From NCBI GenBank assembly GCA_045863235.1, contig BTUM01000033.1, forward strand, positions 14,909-78,908: a stretch of 64,000 nt of DNA, in the 5' to 3' direction. Each line of letters starts with the position of its first letter. Positions within the stretch are counted from its first letter, which is position 1. The position numbers were made by a program, and so were the translations under genes. The notes under the pieces are model-generated. The model had not been told where the DNA came from and searched no databases. It worked only from the letters and a program-made list of their open reading frames with translations. This stretch comes from Candidatus Xenobia bacterium. GTDB lineage: Bacteria > Vulcanimicrobiota > Xenobia > Xenobiales > QWHO01. Shown here piece after piece: positions 28,684 through 38,214 of the stretch.

Positions 28684-30108
28684 ATGAGCCCCGACGAGAA
28701 GCTGGCCCTGGCCGAGGAACGCCTGCAGCAGGCGGAGGAGCGCTTTCGGCAGGCCGAGGAGCTGATGCTACAAGCTCAGGAGATCCTGGCCCGCACCCAG
28801 GCCCGGGACGAAGAGGCTCAGCGCCTGGCTTACGTCGACCAGCTGACCGGGCTGCCCAACCTCAACCACGTGCGCCAGGTGCTCGACTTCAATCTCAAGC
28901 AGGCCCACCGCTACGAGCGCACCAGCGCCCTGCTCAGCATCGACCTCGACCGCTTTCGCATCATCAACGAGGCCCTGGGCTTCAAGACCGGAGACGAGCT
29001 GCTGGTGCTGGTGGCCGAGCGTCTTCAGGGCATCGTGCGCGAGTCGGACCTCCTGGCGCGTCGAGGCGAGGATGAGTTCTTGCTGCTCTTATCGGAGCTG
29101 CACGAGAGCAGCCAGGCCGAGCTGGTGGCCCGGCGCGTGCTCGAGCTTCTGCACGACGAGCCCTTCGTGGTGCAAAATCAGCCCCTGCACGTGGGCGCCA
29201 GCCTGGGCATCTCGCTTTGCCCCGACGACGCGAAGAGCACTCAGGAGATGCTCGAGCACGCCGACGCCTCGCTCTACTGCGCCAAGGAGCAGGGTCGAGG
29301 CCGCTTCCAGGTCTACAGCGAAGGGTTGCAGCAGCAGCTCCGCCGCCGCCTGGTGGTGGAGAACTGCCTCTTCGAGGCCCTGGAGCGAAGCGAGCTGAGC
29401 CTGCTCTATCACCCCATCGTCGACCTGACCACCCGCGAAGTGGTGGGGGTCGAGGCCCTGCTGCGCTGGACCCACCCGGAGCTGGGCGAGGTCTCCCCGG
29501 GCGAATTCCTGCCGGTGGCTGAGGAGAGCGGGCTGATCGTGCCCATCGGCGACTGGGTGCTACGCGAGAGCTGCCGCCAGCTGAAGGCCTGGAAAGAGCT
29601 GGGATTGGACATGTTCATCGACGTCAACCTGTCGCGCCGCCAGCTGCTGCACGCCGATATGGCCTCGGCTTTTCTGCGCGTGCTCGAAGAAGCCCAGCTC
29701 GACGGGCGCGACATCGTGGTGGACGTCTCCGAGGACCACTACACCAGCGACCCGCGCGTGCGCTCGGTGCTCGCCGACCTGGGCCTGGGCGGCGTGCGCA
29801 TCGCCATCGACGACTTTGGCACCGGGCTCTCCTCGCTCAAGACCATCCGCCTGAGCCAGACCAAGATCCTCAAGCTGGACAGCACCTTCGTGGCCGGCAT
29901 CCCGGGCAATCGCCAGTACCTGAGTATCTGCGTGGCCGTGATCCGCCTGGCCGAGAGCCTCAACATGCGCTCGCTGGCCGAAGGAATCGAGAACGAGAAG
30001 CAGTTCGAGTATCTGCGTAAGAACGACTGCCACCTGGGGCAGGGATTCTACTTCTGTCAGCCCATGCCGGCCGAGCAGGTGGCCGAGGCAGCCCGCCAGG
30101 GGCTTTAA
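28684..30108 (+). CDS. coiled coil + GGDEF (GEDEF) + EAL protein
   Basis: DQLTGLPN, RESD..RRGEDEF, EALLRW, DDFGTG, AEGIE, QGFYF; start uncertain. Confidence 0.9.
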   Translation: MSPDEKLALAEERLQQAEERFRQAEELMLQAQEILARTQARDEEAQRLAYVDQLTGLPNLNHVRQVLDFNLKQAHRYERTSALLSIDLDRFRIINEALGFKTGDELLVLVAERLQGIVRESDLLARRGEDEFLLLLSELHESSQAELVARRVLELLHDEPFVVQNQPLHVGASLGISLCPDDAKSTQEMLEHADASLYCAKEQGRGRFQVYSEGLQQQLRRRLVVENCLFEALERSELSLLYHPIVDLTTREVVGVEALLRWTHPELGEVSPGEFLPVAEESGLIVPIGDWVLRESCRQLKAWKELGLDMFIDVNLSRRQLLHADMASAFLRVLEEAQLDGRDIVVDVSEDHYTSDPRVRSVLADLGLGGVRIAIDDFGTGLSSLKTIRLSQTKILKLDSTFVAGIPGNRQYLSICVAVIRLAESLNMRSLAEGIENEKQFEYLRKNDCHLGQGFYFCQPMPAEQVAEAARQGL

Positions 30109-30443
30109 GGCCCGGGACTGTAGTCCGGGGAAGAATCCGCAACCGCCCTCTGAAGCTCTTCCCAACCCGGCAGCTTCTCCAGGAGCTCAGCCACCAGAGG
30201 ATCTGTGGCCCGGTCGACGGGGCGAACCACGGCGCGGCTCCCCTGCTGCTCGAACTCGAGCGCTCGGCCCAGGCGGTCCACGAGCAACCCGGCGCTGCCG
30301 TCGGGGCCACCGTCGATGGTGAGCAGAAAGATCTCGTCGGGCTCGAGCCCCGCTCGGCGCAGGGCGGCTCGCAAAGTCGCAGCGGTGGGATGGCGGCGCA
30401 GGCGTGAGGTCATCTGGAGCGTATCGGCCAGCTCCGGGCTCAT
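30105..30443 (-). CDS. hypothetical protein coupled to pilC
   Basis: ATG overlaps pilC stop; GC3-rich codons. Confidence 0.55.
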   Translation of the reverse strand: MSPELADTLQMTSRLRRHPTAATLRAALRRAGLEPDEIFLLTIDGGPDGSAGLLVDRLGRALEFEQQGSRAVVRPVDRATDPLVAELLEKLPGWEELQRAVADSSPDYSPGP

Positions 30444-31486
30444 ACCAGGCCCTGCATCAAGTTGATCCAGGGCAGCATGGTGGCCACGCACAAGGTTCCC
30501 ACCAGCAGGCTGGTAAAGCCCAGGATCAACGGCTCGGCCAGCGCCGAGATGCGCGTCAGACTGAGCTCGATGTCCTGATCGTAGAGCCCGGCCATCAGCT
30601 CGCTCATGCGCGGCAGGCGGCCGGTCTCCTCGCCCACGCGCACCATGGCCTGCACGGCCCGGTTGAACAGCCGGCGGTTGGCCAGCGCCTGGCTGAGGGC
30701 GCATCCTTCATACACGTCCTCGCGCACCAGCAGCAGCTTCTCGACCACCACCCGGTTGCCGGCCACCCCCTCGAGCAGCCTGAGAGTGCGGCTCAGGTCC
30801 AGGCCCAGCAGCCCGGTCAGGCTCAGCATGCGCAGCATTCGAGCGCAAATGCCCTGCTCGAGCAACGAGCCCACCACCGGCAGCCTCAGCAGGGCGAGGT
30901 CGTAGCGGCGGCGCAGGTCGGAATCCTCCTCGGCCTCGAGCAGCTGGCGGCGCACCAGCAAGACCGTGACCACCACCAGGATCAAGACCAGCAGGGTGAG
31001 GGGACTTGCCACCACCCGGGTCAGCCAGAGCACGAATCGCGTCAGGGCTGGCAACTCGACACCCAGTTGCTGAAAGAAGGGCAACATGGCCGGCAGCAAC
31101 GAGTAGCTCAAGAGCCACAGCAACCCCAGGCTGACGGTCAGGAGCACGGCCGGATAGCTCAGAGCGGCCACCATGCGCCGACGAAAGGTCAGGGTGCGCT
31201 CGAGGTAGTCGGCCAGATGGCCCAGCACCGCCACCAGGGAGCCGGACTGCTCCCCCACCGCCACCAGACCGACCATGTAGGACGGGAACACGGCCTGGCT
31301 CTTCATGCAGCTGGACAGGTAGTTTCCACGCGCCACCTGGATCGAGAGCTCCCGGTAGACCTCGCTCAGGCCCGGGCTCGAGCTTCGGCCCAGGAAGGTG
31401 AGGGTTTCCACGATCGGGATCCCGGCCGTCAGCATGGCCGACATCTGACGCAAGGAAAGCGCCAGCTCCTGGTGCACGTCCCTCAC
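30440..31486 (-). CDS. pilC: T2SS F / PilC family platform protein lacking the N-terminal domain
   Basis: RQMSAMLTAGIP, VGEQSGSL, ALSYP, VGEETGRL, AEP. Confidence 0.9.
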   Translation of the reverse strand: MRDVHQELALSLRQMSAMLTAGIPIVETLTFLGRSSSPGLSEVYRELSIQVARGNYLSSCMKSQAVFPSYMVGLVAVGEQSGSLVAVLGHLADYLERTLTFRRRMVAALSYPAVLLTVSLGLLWLLSYSLLPAMLPFFQQLGVELPALTRFVLWLTRVVASPLTLLVLILVVVTVLLVRRQLLEAEEDSDLRRRYDLALLRLPVVGSLLEQGICARMLRMLSLTGLLGLDLSRTLRLLEGVAGNRVVVEKLLLVREDVYEGCALSQALANRRLFNRAVQAMVRVGEETGRLPRMSELMAGLYDQDIELSLTRISALAEPLILGFTSLLVGTLCVATMLPWINLMQGLV

Positions 31487-32052
31487 GGTTGAGCGGCCTG
31501 GTGCAGGTGGTAGGGCAAGTAGACCTGGGTGGTCAGCTCGGAAGAGACCGTCTCCGTGACCCCCGCCAGAGTGCGGGTCTGAGCTTCCGCCCGCAACGCG
31601 ATGCGCACGCTCTCGCCACCCAGGTTGGTAAACTCGACTTGCTGCAGCCGGCCCAGCAGGCGTGGCGGAGGAGCCCCACCCCCCAGCTGCTCGAGCCACA
31701 GCTCGGGTCCGGCGTGGCGGATGCGAAAGCGCAGGTAGACCGGGTTGCGGGGATCGGGAGCCGCGTTGCCCAGGTGGTCGATGCTGGAGGTGAACTCCAG
31801 CACCCTTCCGGTCTGGCCGTCGGCGGGACGGGTGACGGCGCTCTGGTTGGAGGCCGGGGGAATGGCGCTCTCGATCAGGGGCACCAGGCGCCGCATGGCC
31901 AGCCGGGTGGCGTTCTGCACCTCGATGCGGGCGCCGCCATACTGGCTCACGCGGTTGACGGCCAGGAAGATCTGCAACACCAGCACGCCCACCACACCCA
32001 GCAGGGACAGGCTGACCAGGATCTCCAGCAGGGTCAGGGCACGACGGCTCAC
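31483..32052 (-). CDS. prepilin-type minor pilin (PilW/PulJ-like)
   Basis: RRA|LTLLEILV class III signal. Confidence 0.85.
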   Translation of the reverse strand: MSRRALTLLEILVSLSLLGVVGVLVLQIFLAVNRVSQYGGARIEVQNATRLAMRRLVPLIESAIPPASNQSAVTRPADGQTGRVLEFTSSIDHLGNAAPDPRNPVYLRFRIRHAGPELWLEQLGGGAPPPRLLGRLQQVEFTNLGGESVRIALRAEAQTRTLAGVTETVSSELTTQVYLPYHLHQAAQP

Positions 32053-32492
32053 GGCTGGCGCTGGTAGCCCTCGAAGACCACACTCCGCTCGCCCCCCTGC
32101 TCGCGCCAGAAGATGGTCACCTTGACCCGACGCAGGGCCGATTCCGGGCGACTGGCATCGGTGGAGACGGGATCGATCTGAACATTGCGCTCGAAGGGCG
32201 GGTTGCCCGGGATGTCGGCCGCGAAGGGGGCAGCATCCACGGGACGGCGCTGACCGGGACCGTCATTGAGCCCGGCGGTGGTGCGGTCGAGGCCGCGCGA
32301 GCGCACCAGGTCGAGGATCAGTCGATTGAGGGCGATGGCCCGGGCCATGGAGTCGCTGTGTCGGCTGGCCTTCAAGCTGAAGGTCAGCGAGGCATACACG
32401 GCCAGAATGCCCACCGCGAGAACTCCCAGAGCCACCAGCAGCTCGATCTGCGAAAAGGCCCTACGGCTAGAAGTCCGGCCGCAAACCCCCAT
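32049..32492 (-). CDS. prepilin-type minor pilin (PilV/PulI-like)
   Basis: RRA|FSQIELLVAL; C-terminal VKVTIFW. Confidence 0.82.
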   Translation of the reverse strand: MGVCGRTSSRRAFSQIELLVALGVLAVGILAVYASLTFSLKASRHSDSMARAIALNRLILDLVRSRGLDRTTAGLNDGPGQRRPVDAAPFAADIPGNPPFERNVQIDPVSTDASRPESALRRVKVTIFWREQGGERSVVFEGYQRQP

Positions 32493-32517
32493 CTGGTGTC
32501 GGAGGGAACCTCCGCCA

Positions 32518-32564
32518 CCACAAGATGTTGTAGGCGCCCGGACTTCTAGCACAATATCTTGGGC
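32518..32564. promoter_or_regulatory. tandem NrdR-like boxes, 31 bp apart
   Basis: CCACAAGATGTTGTAG (32518) and GCACAATATCTTGGGC (32549) vs acaCwAtATaTwGtgt. Confidence 0.6.
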
Positions 32565-32567
32565 GTC

Positions 32568-32608
32568 GCGCAGCCGGAAAACCGTGTCAAGGGGGTTTCC
32601 GGCTGCGC
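32568..32608. terminator. strong hairpin immediately after the pilX-like stop
   Basis: GCGCAGCCGGAAA ... TTTCCGGCTGCGC 13-bp arms; no U-tract. Confidence 0.4.
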
Positions 32609-32610
32609 TC

Positions 32611-34107
32611 CTAGGTGTCATAGCGGTCTGAGTAGCCGTTCATCTCGAACTCGGGCTCGGCCGGGAAGTAAGGAGGGGGAGCGTCCTTGAGCGAGGGATC
32701 GAACTCGAAGCGAGTCGTCCAGCCGCTGCCAGGATTGATATGAGCCGTGATGTTGCGACAATCCTCCACCACCGAGCCGACGAAGGTGATGTAGTTGTGG
32801 TGGAGATCATCGCGGGGGATCTCCTCCAGTCGCTCGGTACGAAAGCCTCCCGTGCCGTCGCCATCCCCGGCCATGATGGCCGCATGCACGACCAGCGGAC
32901 CCGTGGCCGGATCGATCCGATACGGGATCTCGATGGTATGGCCGATGAGTCCCAGCGCGTTGCGGTTGTCCAGATCGCTCGCCGGACTGTTGGCGGTGGC
33001 GCCGGCCTGGAGAATGTTTCCGCCTACCACGATCTTGTGCTTGACGCTCGAATCCACAGCGATGGTGTGACGACCCTTGTTGCGCCCGTGCAGCCCAAGG
33101 ATCGAGCCGGTCACGTAGATGGTTCCGTTGGGATGGCCGGAGTGGTCGGCCACTACCGCCCCGGTGGAAAGGTTGACCACGCGGGTGCGTCCGTTGGAGG
33201 GCGAGCCCCGCTCGGTCACCTTGTAAGTGGCCCCACCGATGGTGATGAACTGAACCGGGTCGCCGTTCTCGACGTCCAGGCGCATCTCGTCCACGTTTCC
33301 CCGCAGAAAGATACCGCCACCTGGACGCACCGTGATCGGCCCGGGATCAGGCTGCCCTCCGGCCAGGGAGGCCTGGCGCAGCATGTTGGGCTCCCAGGGA
33401 ACCTCGATCTTGGTGCGCCGCCGCGTGGGCTCGCGGGGAATGTTGAACAGGCGCCGGTACTGGGCCTCGGTTGCGGGTGGAGGCTCGAGCGTCTCGGGCG
33501 TATACTCGATCCCTCCCACGCTGGTCACTTTGGCCTGGAACAGCTGGTCGTCGCCGTTGGTGTAGTAGCCTGGATGGATGCCGATGCGGATGATCTCGTT
33601 GGAGTGCACAGGCCCGGAGAAGTGCTGGGCCCCGGCCCAGGCCGACACCACCGCCGGCCAGGTGTTGGTGAAGCGGGCGTAGCGCACGAAGCTCTGCTGC
33701 ACGACCTGGACGGTCACCACCCGGTGCACCTGATCGCGCAGCAGGGCCTGAGACTCGATGCTGTAGGCCCGCCTCGGGTTGTTACCCAGGGGAGGGGTCT
33801 CCGGATCGGGGTGCAGGGTCACCCGCCAGTCCCAGTCATTGAGGCTCAATCCCAGGCGCTGGGACTCCAGAACCAGGGTTGATTGAGGGCCAGGGACCGG
33901 CTCCTGCTTGCGATTGAGCTTGTCCTCCAGGTAGACCACGGCATACTGGATGCCGGCGTCCGCCGCCAGCGAGCTGGCGACGTCCATTCGGTAGCGCAGG
34001 GTGCCGTTCAACTCGGTGGGTAAGAGCCTGGTAAAGCCCATGGCCACCAGCTGGCAAAATCCCAGGAAGAAGATGGCCAGGATCAGGGCCGTGCCGCGAC
34101 GGGTCAT
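32611..34107 (-). CDS. PilX-like large minor pilin
   Basis: RRG|TALIL without E5, LAADAGI, FSGPVHSN, DAPPPYFP C-terminus. Confidence 0.78.
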   Translation of the reverse strand: MTRRGTALILAIFFLGFCQLVAMGFTRLLPTELNGTLRYRMDVASSLAADAGIQYAVVYLEDKLNRKQEPVPGPQSTLVLESQRLGLSLNDWDWRVTLHPDPETPPLGNNPRRAYSIESQALLRDQVHRVVTVQVVQQSFVRYARFTNTWPAVVSAWAGAQHFSGPVHSNEIIRIGIHPGYYTNGDDQLFQAKVTSVGGIEYTPETLEPPPATEAQYRRLFNIPREPTRRRTKIEVPWEPNMLRQASLAGGQPDPGPITVRPGGGIFLRGNVDEMRLDVENGDPVQFITIGGATYKVTERGSPSNGRTRVVNLSTGAVVADHSGHPNGTIYVTGSILGLHGRNKGRHTIAVDSSVKHKIVVGGNILQAGATANSPASDLDNRNALGLIGHTIEIPYRIDPATGPLVVHAAIMAGDGDGTGGFRTERLEEIPRDDLHHNYITFVGSVVEDCRNITAHINPGSGWTTRFEFDPSLKDAPPPYFPAEPEFEMNGYSDRYDT

Positions 34108-34128
34108 GCGTCAATCATACCATGCGAT

Positions 34129-35814
34129 TTAGCACTGACCACCCAGGGCCTGTAGACCGGCCAGTCCGATCTCCCCGTCCAGGTCGCCATTGGAGTCCGC
34201 GGCCTGGTCGAAGTGGTGGAAAACGGCCTCGTTGGCCAGCAACAGGTCGACCGCCTGGCGCAGATCGGGGGGAAGGTCAGGCGAGGCCGCCAGGGCTTCG
34301 AGATCGGCCCGTCCCAGCTTGTCGTCCCGGCCGCCCTGTCCGGCCGCCTGGTCGATCATGGGCAGGTATCGCTCCAGAGTGCGGGCCGCCCGGGCTTCGG
34401 TCATGGGACCCTCGCCCACCGGCTCGGGGGTCAGGCCCTGGAAGCGCTCTTGCGCAGCTCTGAGGTCGTCGATGGAGATCTTGCCATCCAGGTTGCCGTC
34501 ATCGTGTTTGGCATCATCGAAGGAGTTGAAGAGGTAGGAGTTCTCCAGAGCCTGCCGGGCCGCTCGTTTGAGCTCGGCGGGGGCGTTCGGATCTTCGAGC
34601 ACCTGCTGCAGGTCTTCGCGTCCGAACACGCCGTCCGCCTGGCCGCCATTGGCGGTATCGAGCAGCGGAGCGTAGCGCTCCAGCACTTCGGCCGTAGCGG
34701 TCGGGCTGAAACTCTCGCCAGGGGGACGCTCCTCGATGAGTTGAAAGCGCTCGGCATTGCGCTGGGCGTCATCTCGGCTGATGAGCCCGTCGGGAGTGCC
34801 GCCTCGGGCGGCGTCGGCGGAATGGAAGTAGGAATCGTTGCGCAGCAGCAGCTCGCAGGCATCGCGCAGCTCGGGCGGGGCGTCCGGATTGTCGCGCAGC
34901 AAGCTCTCCAGGTCCTGACGGCTGACCAGGCCGTCACGGGCCTGGCCGCTGGCCGTATCGAGCAGGTCGAAGTGGTCGACCACGGTTTGGGAGGCCCAGG
35001 CCAGATCTTGACCCGGCTCGGGTTGCCATTCCTGGCACTCCGGCAGGGGCTCGGGATCGGGCTCGGAAGGTTGTTCCTCGCCATCGGGCTCGCTCACGCA
35101 CTCCCCGGTCTCGGCCGGCGGCTCCTGGTCATCCGGCTCGCTCACGCACTCGTCGGTCTCGACCGGCGGCTCCTGGTCATCGGGCTCGCTCACGCACTCG
35201 TCGGTCTCGGCCGGCGGCTCCTGGCAATCGGGCTCGCTCACGCACTCACCCTCAGGCTCGCATTCCGATTCGCACACGCACTCCTCCGTCTCGGCTGGCG
35301 GCGCCTGGCAATCGGGCTCGCTCACGCACTCATCCTCAAGCTCGCATTCCGGCTCGAAGCACTCGGTCTCGGCGGGCGGCTGCTGGCACTCAGTGCACCC
35401 GGCCTGGGCCTCCGCCTCCAGGCGAGCCAGCTCGCGTCTGAGCTGCTCCTCCCAGCTGGCTTCTTCCGGACAGTTGCAGTGACAATTGCCGTTGCTGAGC
35501 TGCCCCTCGAACTGAGCCCAGAGCGGATTGTAACCCGGACCGAGCTGACTACCGGGCTGAGCGGTCACCTGACTCATCAAGAAGGACCAGGAGAGCTCCG
35601 GGCAGCCCCAGCCGCCATAGCCCAGCGTGCCTCCCAGAGCCTGACCGAGATGCCCTCCGTTGTAGGACGTTCCCGGAAAGGCCAGAGCGGTGCTCGAAAG
35701 ACCGCCCAGATTCCAGCCCCAGCATGGGGGGCCCATCCAGTTCACCGGGACCGTCGGCAGGGTGGGAAGGCTGAAGGCAAAGCAACTGGAGAAAGGCTGG
35801 CTGCTGATGTACAC
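34129..35814 (-). CDS. acidic Cys-repeat protein with three EF-hand-like C-terminal repeats
   Basis: AAGGAG RBS before GTG 35814; ECVSEPD repeats; DxAxxxxxDGxIS/GxxDL loops. Confidence 0.8.
   Translation of the reverse strand: MYISSQPFSSCFAFSLPTLPTVPVNWMGPPCWGWNLGGLSSTALAFPGTSYNGGHLGQALGGTLGYGGWGCPELSWSFLMSQVTAQPGSQLGPGYNPLWAQFEGQLSNGNCHCNCPEEASWEEQLRRELARLEAEAQAGCTECQQPPAETECFEPECELEDECVSEPDCQAPPAETEECVCESECEPEGECVSEPDCQEPPAETDECVSEPDDQEPPVETDECVSEPDDQEPPAETGECVSEPDGEEQPSEPDPEPLPECQEWQPEPGQDLAWASQTVVDHFDLLDTASGQARDGLVSRQDLESLLRDNPDAPPELRDACELLLRNDSYFHSADAARGGTPDGLISRDDAQRNAERFQLIEERPPGESFSPTATAEVLERYAPLLDTANGGQADGVFGREDLQQVLEDPNAPAELKRAARQALENSYLFNSFDDAKHDDGNLDGKISIDDLRAAQERFQGLTPEPVGEGPMTEARAARTLERYLPMIDQAAGQGGRDDKLGRADLEALAASPDLPPDLRQAVDLLLANEAVFHHFDQAADSNGDLDGEIGLAGLQALGGQC
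35084..35400. repeat. 48-bp coding tandem repeat (ECVSEPDxQEPPAETD)
   Basis: GCTCGCTCACGCACTC at 35088, 35136, 35184, 35232, 35316. Confidence 0.9.
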
Positions 35815-35922
35815 GCGCGGAGCTCCTTCCTGGCTATTGAACTGCCCTGCCAGCCTAACCGTCCCCACCTTGCAAAACCTTTGCAACCAGGACTCTGGCC
35901 GCCCCGCAAGAATGCCCGCCAG

Positions 35923-38214
35923 GTGCCTGCGGCCTGGTCTGCGCTCACGGTGGTACTGGCCCTCCTGGTGCTGGCCGGGCCCGGCCCTGCCAGCCTTCCC
36001 CTCCTGAACGGGGTCATTCTGCTGCTCTCGGCCTTGTTGCTCGAGCTGACCGCCGTGGCCATGCCCGGAATGGGCTTTTTCAGCGCTGCTCCGGCCTGCT
36101 ACCTGGCCCTGGCCCTGATCTCCCCGAAGGCGGCGCTGCTGGCTGCGATTCTTTGCCTGACCCTGCGCACGGCAGCTCCTCCCCAGGGCCACCGACTGCT
36201 CTCGGCCCTGGCCGACCTCTTGCCTCTGACGGCTGCCCTGGCCGCCTTCGTCTGGCTGGCTCCGGCGGTGGGCGCCTCGCTGGCTCCCGCCTTTCTGCTG
36301 CTCGATCTCTACCTGCCCGCCAGCTGGCTCTTGCCCGAGCTCCTGGCCGGAGCGCTCGACCGCGAGGAGCGCCAGCGCTGGGGTCGCTTCCAGCATCGCA
36401 CCCGGCTGGCCTGGTTTGCCCTGAGGGTGGCCGCCCCGGCTCTCTTGACCACCCCGGTGGGCGGGCTCTTGCTGGTGCCCGGCCTGATGGCCCTGCAGTG
36501 GGCCGCGCGTCGGGCTCTGATCAGCTACCGGGCCGAAGAGCGCGAAGAGTTGCGTGATCGGCTCGAGCGCACGCAGCTGGCGGCCGCCGAAGTGCGCGAG
36601 CAGCAGCAGCGCACCCGGCGCGACCTGGCCGGGGCCATCGAGGAGAGCCTGCTCAAGGAAGAGCTGGCCCGCGAGCTGGCCCGCTCCTCCGACTATCACG
36701 GACGCCTCGAAACCACTCTGCGACTGACCCGCAGCCTGGTGCCCTGTCGCTCAGCGGTGATCTTCGAAGAAAACGAAGGCGCGCTCGTGCCCGTGGCCTT
36801 TCATTCTCCCCTGGCGGCCCGCCTGGAGGGAAGCCAGCTCTTGCAGGCCGACGAGCCCATCGTGCGCCAGGCCCTGGCCAGCGGGCGGGCGACCCGGCTG
36901 GAGGCGCCGGGCCCGACCCGGCTGATGGAGGGAGAGAGCGTGGCCCTGGCCGTGCCTCTCGACCATCGCACGGCCCTCTACGTGGGCCTCGCGGCCGGCG
37001 AGCTGACCTCCCAGCAACAGCGCTTGCTGGGCGTGTTGGCGGGGGTGGTCGGTCCGGGCCTGGAGCCGGCCCGAGAGGTGGACCGGCTGGCCCGCGAGGC
37101 TACCCGCAGCCAGGCCCTGGAGAGCTCGCTGGACCGGCTCGACCAGGTGCTGGAAGCCACCCGGGTGCTGGGCGCCACCCTGGACCGGCATGACCTGCTG
37201 CGGGCCCTGGGCGATTCGGCCGCCCGCCTGGTGGCGCACTCCTCGCGTCAGTTCGTGGAGAGCACCCTCGAGGAGGCCCCCGAGGTGGCCCGGGCGGTGG
37301 CCGAATCGGGTCGGCCTCTGCTGATCGACGACCTTCAGACCAGCCGCTTTCCCCCGCTGGCTCCGGGCGAGACCAGCCTGCTGGCAATCCCTCTCAAGGC
37401 CGAGAACCAGCTCCAGGGCGTGCTGCTGCTGGGACGCCGGCAAGCCTTCACCCGCGAGGAGCTCGATCAACTCGAGCTGCTCGCCCTGCACGCGGCGCTG
37501 GCCCTGAGCAACGTCCAGGCTTATGAGCGACTGCGCCAGTCCGAGGCCCAGCTGGTGCAGTCGAGCAAACTGGCAGCCGTGGGCCAGCTGGCCGCCGGAG
37601 TGGCCCACGAGCTGAACACTCCCCTCGGCGCCATCGTGCTGGCCCTCGACACGCTGGAGAAGAAACCCAGCGAGAAGGCTCTCTCCATCGCCCGGGACGC
37701 CGCCCGTCAGGCCCGCTCCATCGTGGAAAAGCTTCTCTACTACTCGCGCGAGGGCCGGGTGGGGCGGCAGCCCACCGATCTCAACCAGGTGGTGCGGGAC
37801 ACGCTGCTCTTGATCGGCAACCAGCTCCGGATCGACCAGGTGCAGGTGGTCTGCCACCTGGGCGAGATCCCCGAGGTGGAGGCCAGCCCCAACGAGATGC
37901 AGCAGGTGGTCACCAACCTGATCCTCAACGCCCGGGACGCCCTGCTCGAGGGCCGGGAGCGCCAGGTGACGGTCACCACCGGGGTTCGCCCCACCGGCGA
38001 GGTCTTTTTGGAGGTGCAGGACCGGGGGCCGGGAATCTCGCCCGAAGTGGCCCCTCGCATCTTCGATCCCTTCTTTACCACCAAGCCCGTCGGTCGCGGC
38101 ACCGGGCTGGGACTGTCGGTCAGCAGCCAGATCGTGGCCGCCCACGGCGGACGGCTCGAGCTGCTCAATCCAGGCCAGCCCGGAGCTTGCTTCGGGATGA
38201 CTCTGCCCGCATGA
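35923..38214 (+). CDS. membrane sensor histidine kinase with two GAF domains
   Basis: multi-TM N-terminus; GVAHELNTP, NLILNARDA, DRGPG, FDPFFTTK, GTGLGL; start approximate. Confidence 0.92.
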   Translation: MPAAWSALTVVLALLVLAGPGPASLPLLNGVILLLSALLLELTAVAMPGMGFFSAAPACYLALALISPKAALLAAILCLTLRTAAPPQGHRLLSALADLLPLTAALAAFVWLAPAVGASLAPAFLLLDLYLPASWLLPELLAGALDREERQRWGRFQHRTRLAWFALRVAAPALLTTPVGGLLLVPGLMALQWAARRALISYRAEEREELRDRLERTQLAAAEVREQQQRTRRDLAGAIEESLLKEELARELARSSDYHGRLETTLRLTRSLVPCRSAVIFEENEGALVPVAFHSPLAARLEGSQLLQADEPIVRQALASGRATRLEAPGPTRLMEGESVALAVPLDHRTALYVGLAAGELTSQQQRLLGVLAGVVGPGLEPAREVDRLAREATRSQALESSLDRLDQVLEATRVLGATLDRHDLLRALGDSAARLVAHSSRQFVESTLEEAPEVARAVAESGRPLLIDDLQTSRFPPLAPGETSLLAIPLKAENQLQGVLLLGRRQAFTREELDQLELLALHAALALSNVQAYERLRQSEAQLVQSSKLAAVGQLAAGVAHELNTPLGAIVLALDTLEKKPSEKALSIARDAARQARSIVEKLLYYSREGRVGRQPTDLNQVVRDTLLLIGNQLRIDQVQVVCHLGEIPEVEASPNEMQQVVTNLILNARDALLEGRERQVTVTTGVRPTGEVFLEVQDRGPGISPEVAPRIFDPFFTTKPVGRGTGLGLSVSSQIVAAHGGRLELLNPGQPGACFGMTLPA

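Noticed and set aside
32585..32590. TTGACA on the minus strand as the pilV -35
   Set aside because: No -10 hexamer 16-18 nt downstream.
34129..38214. Apparent 2.5-kb antisense overlap between the 856-aa and 1333-aa ORFs
   Set aside because: Both are over-extended. The real genes are divergent (starts about 35814 and 35923), and the extensions are GC-rich shadow frames.
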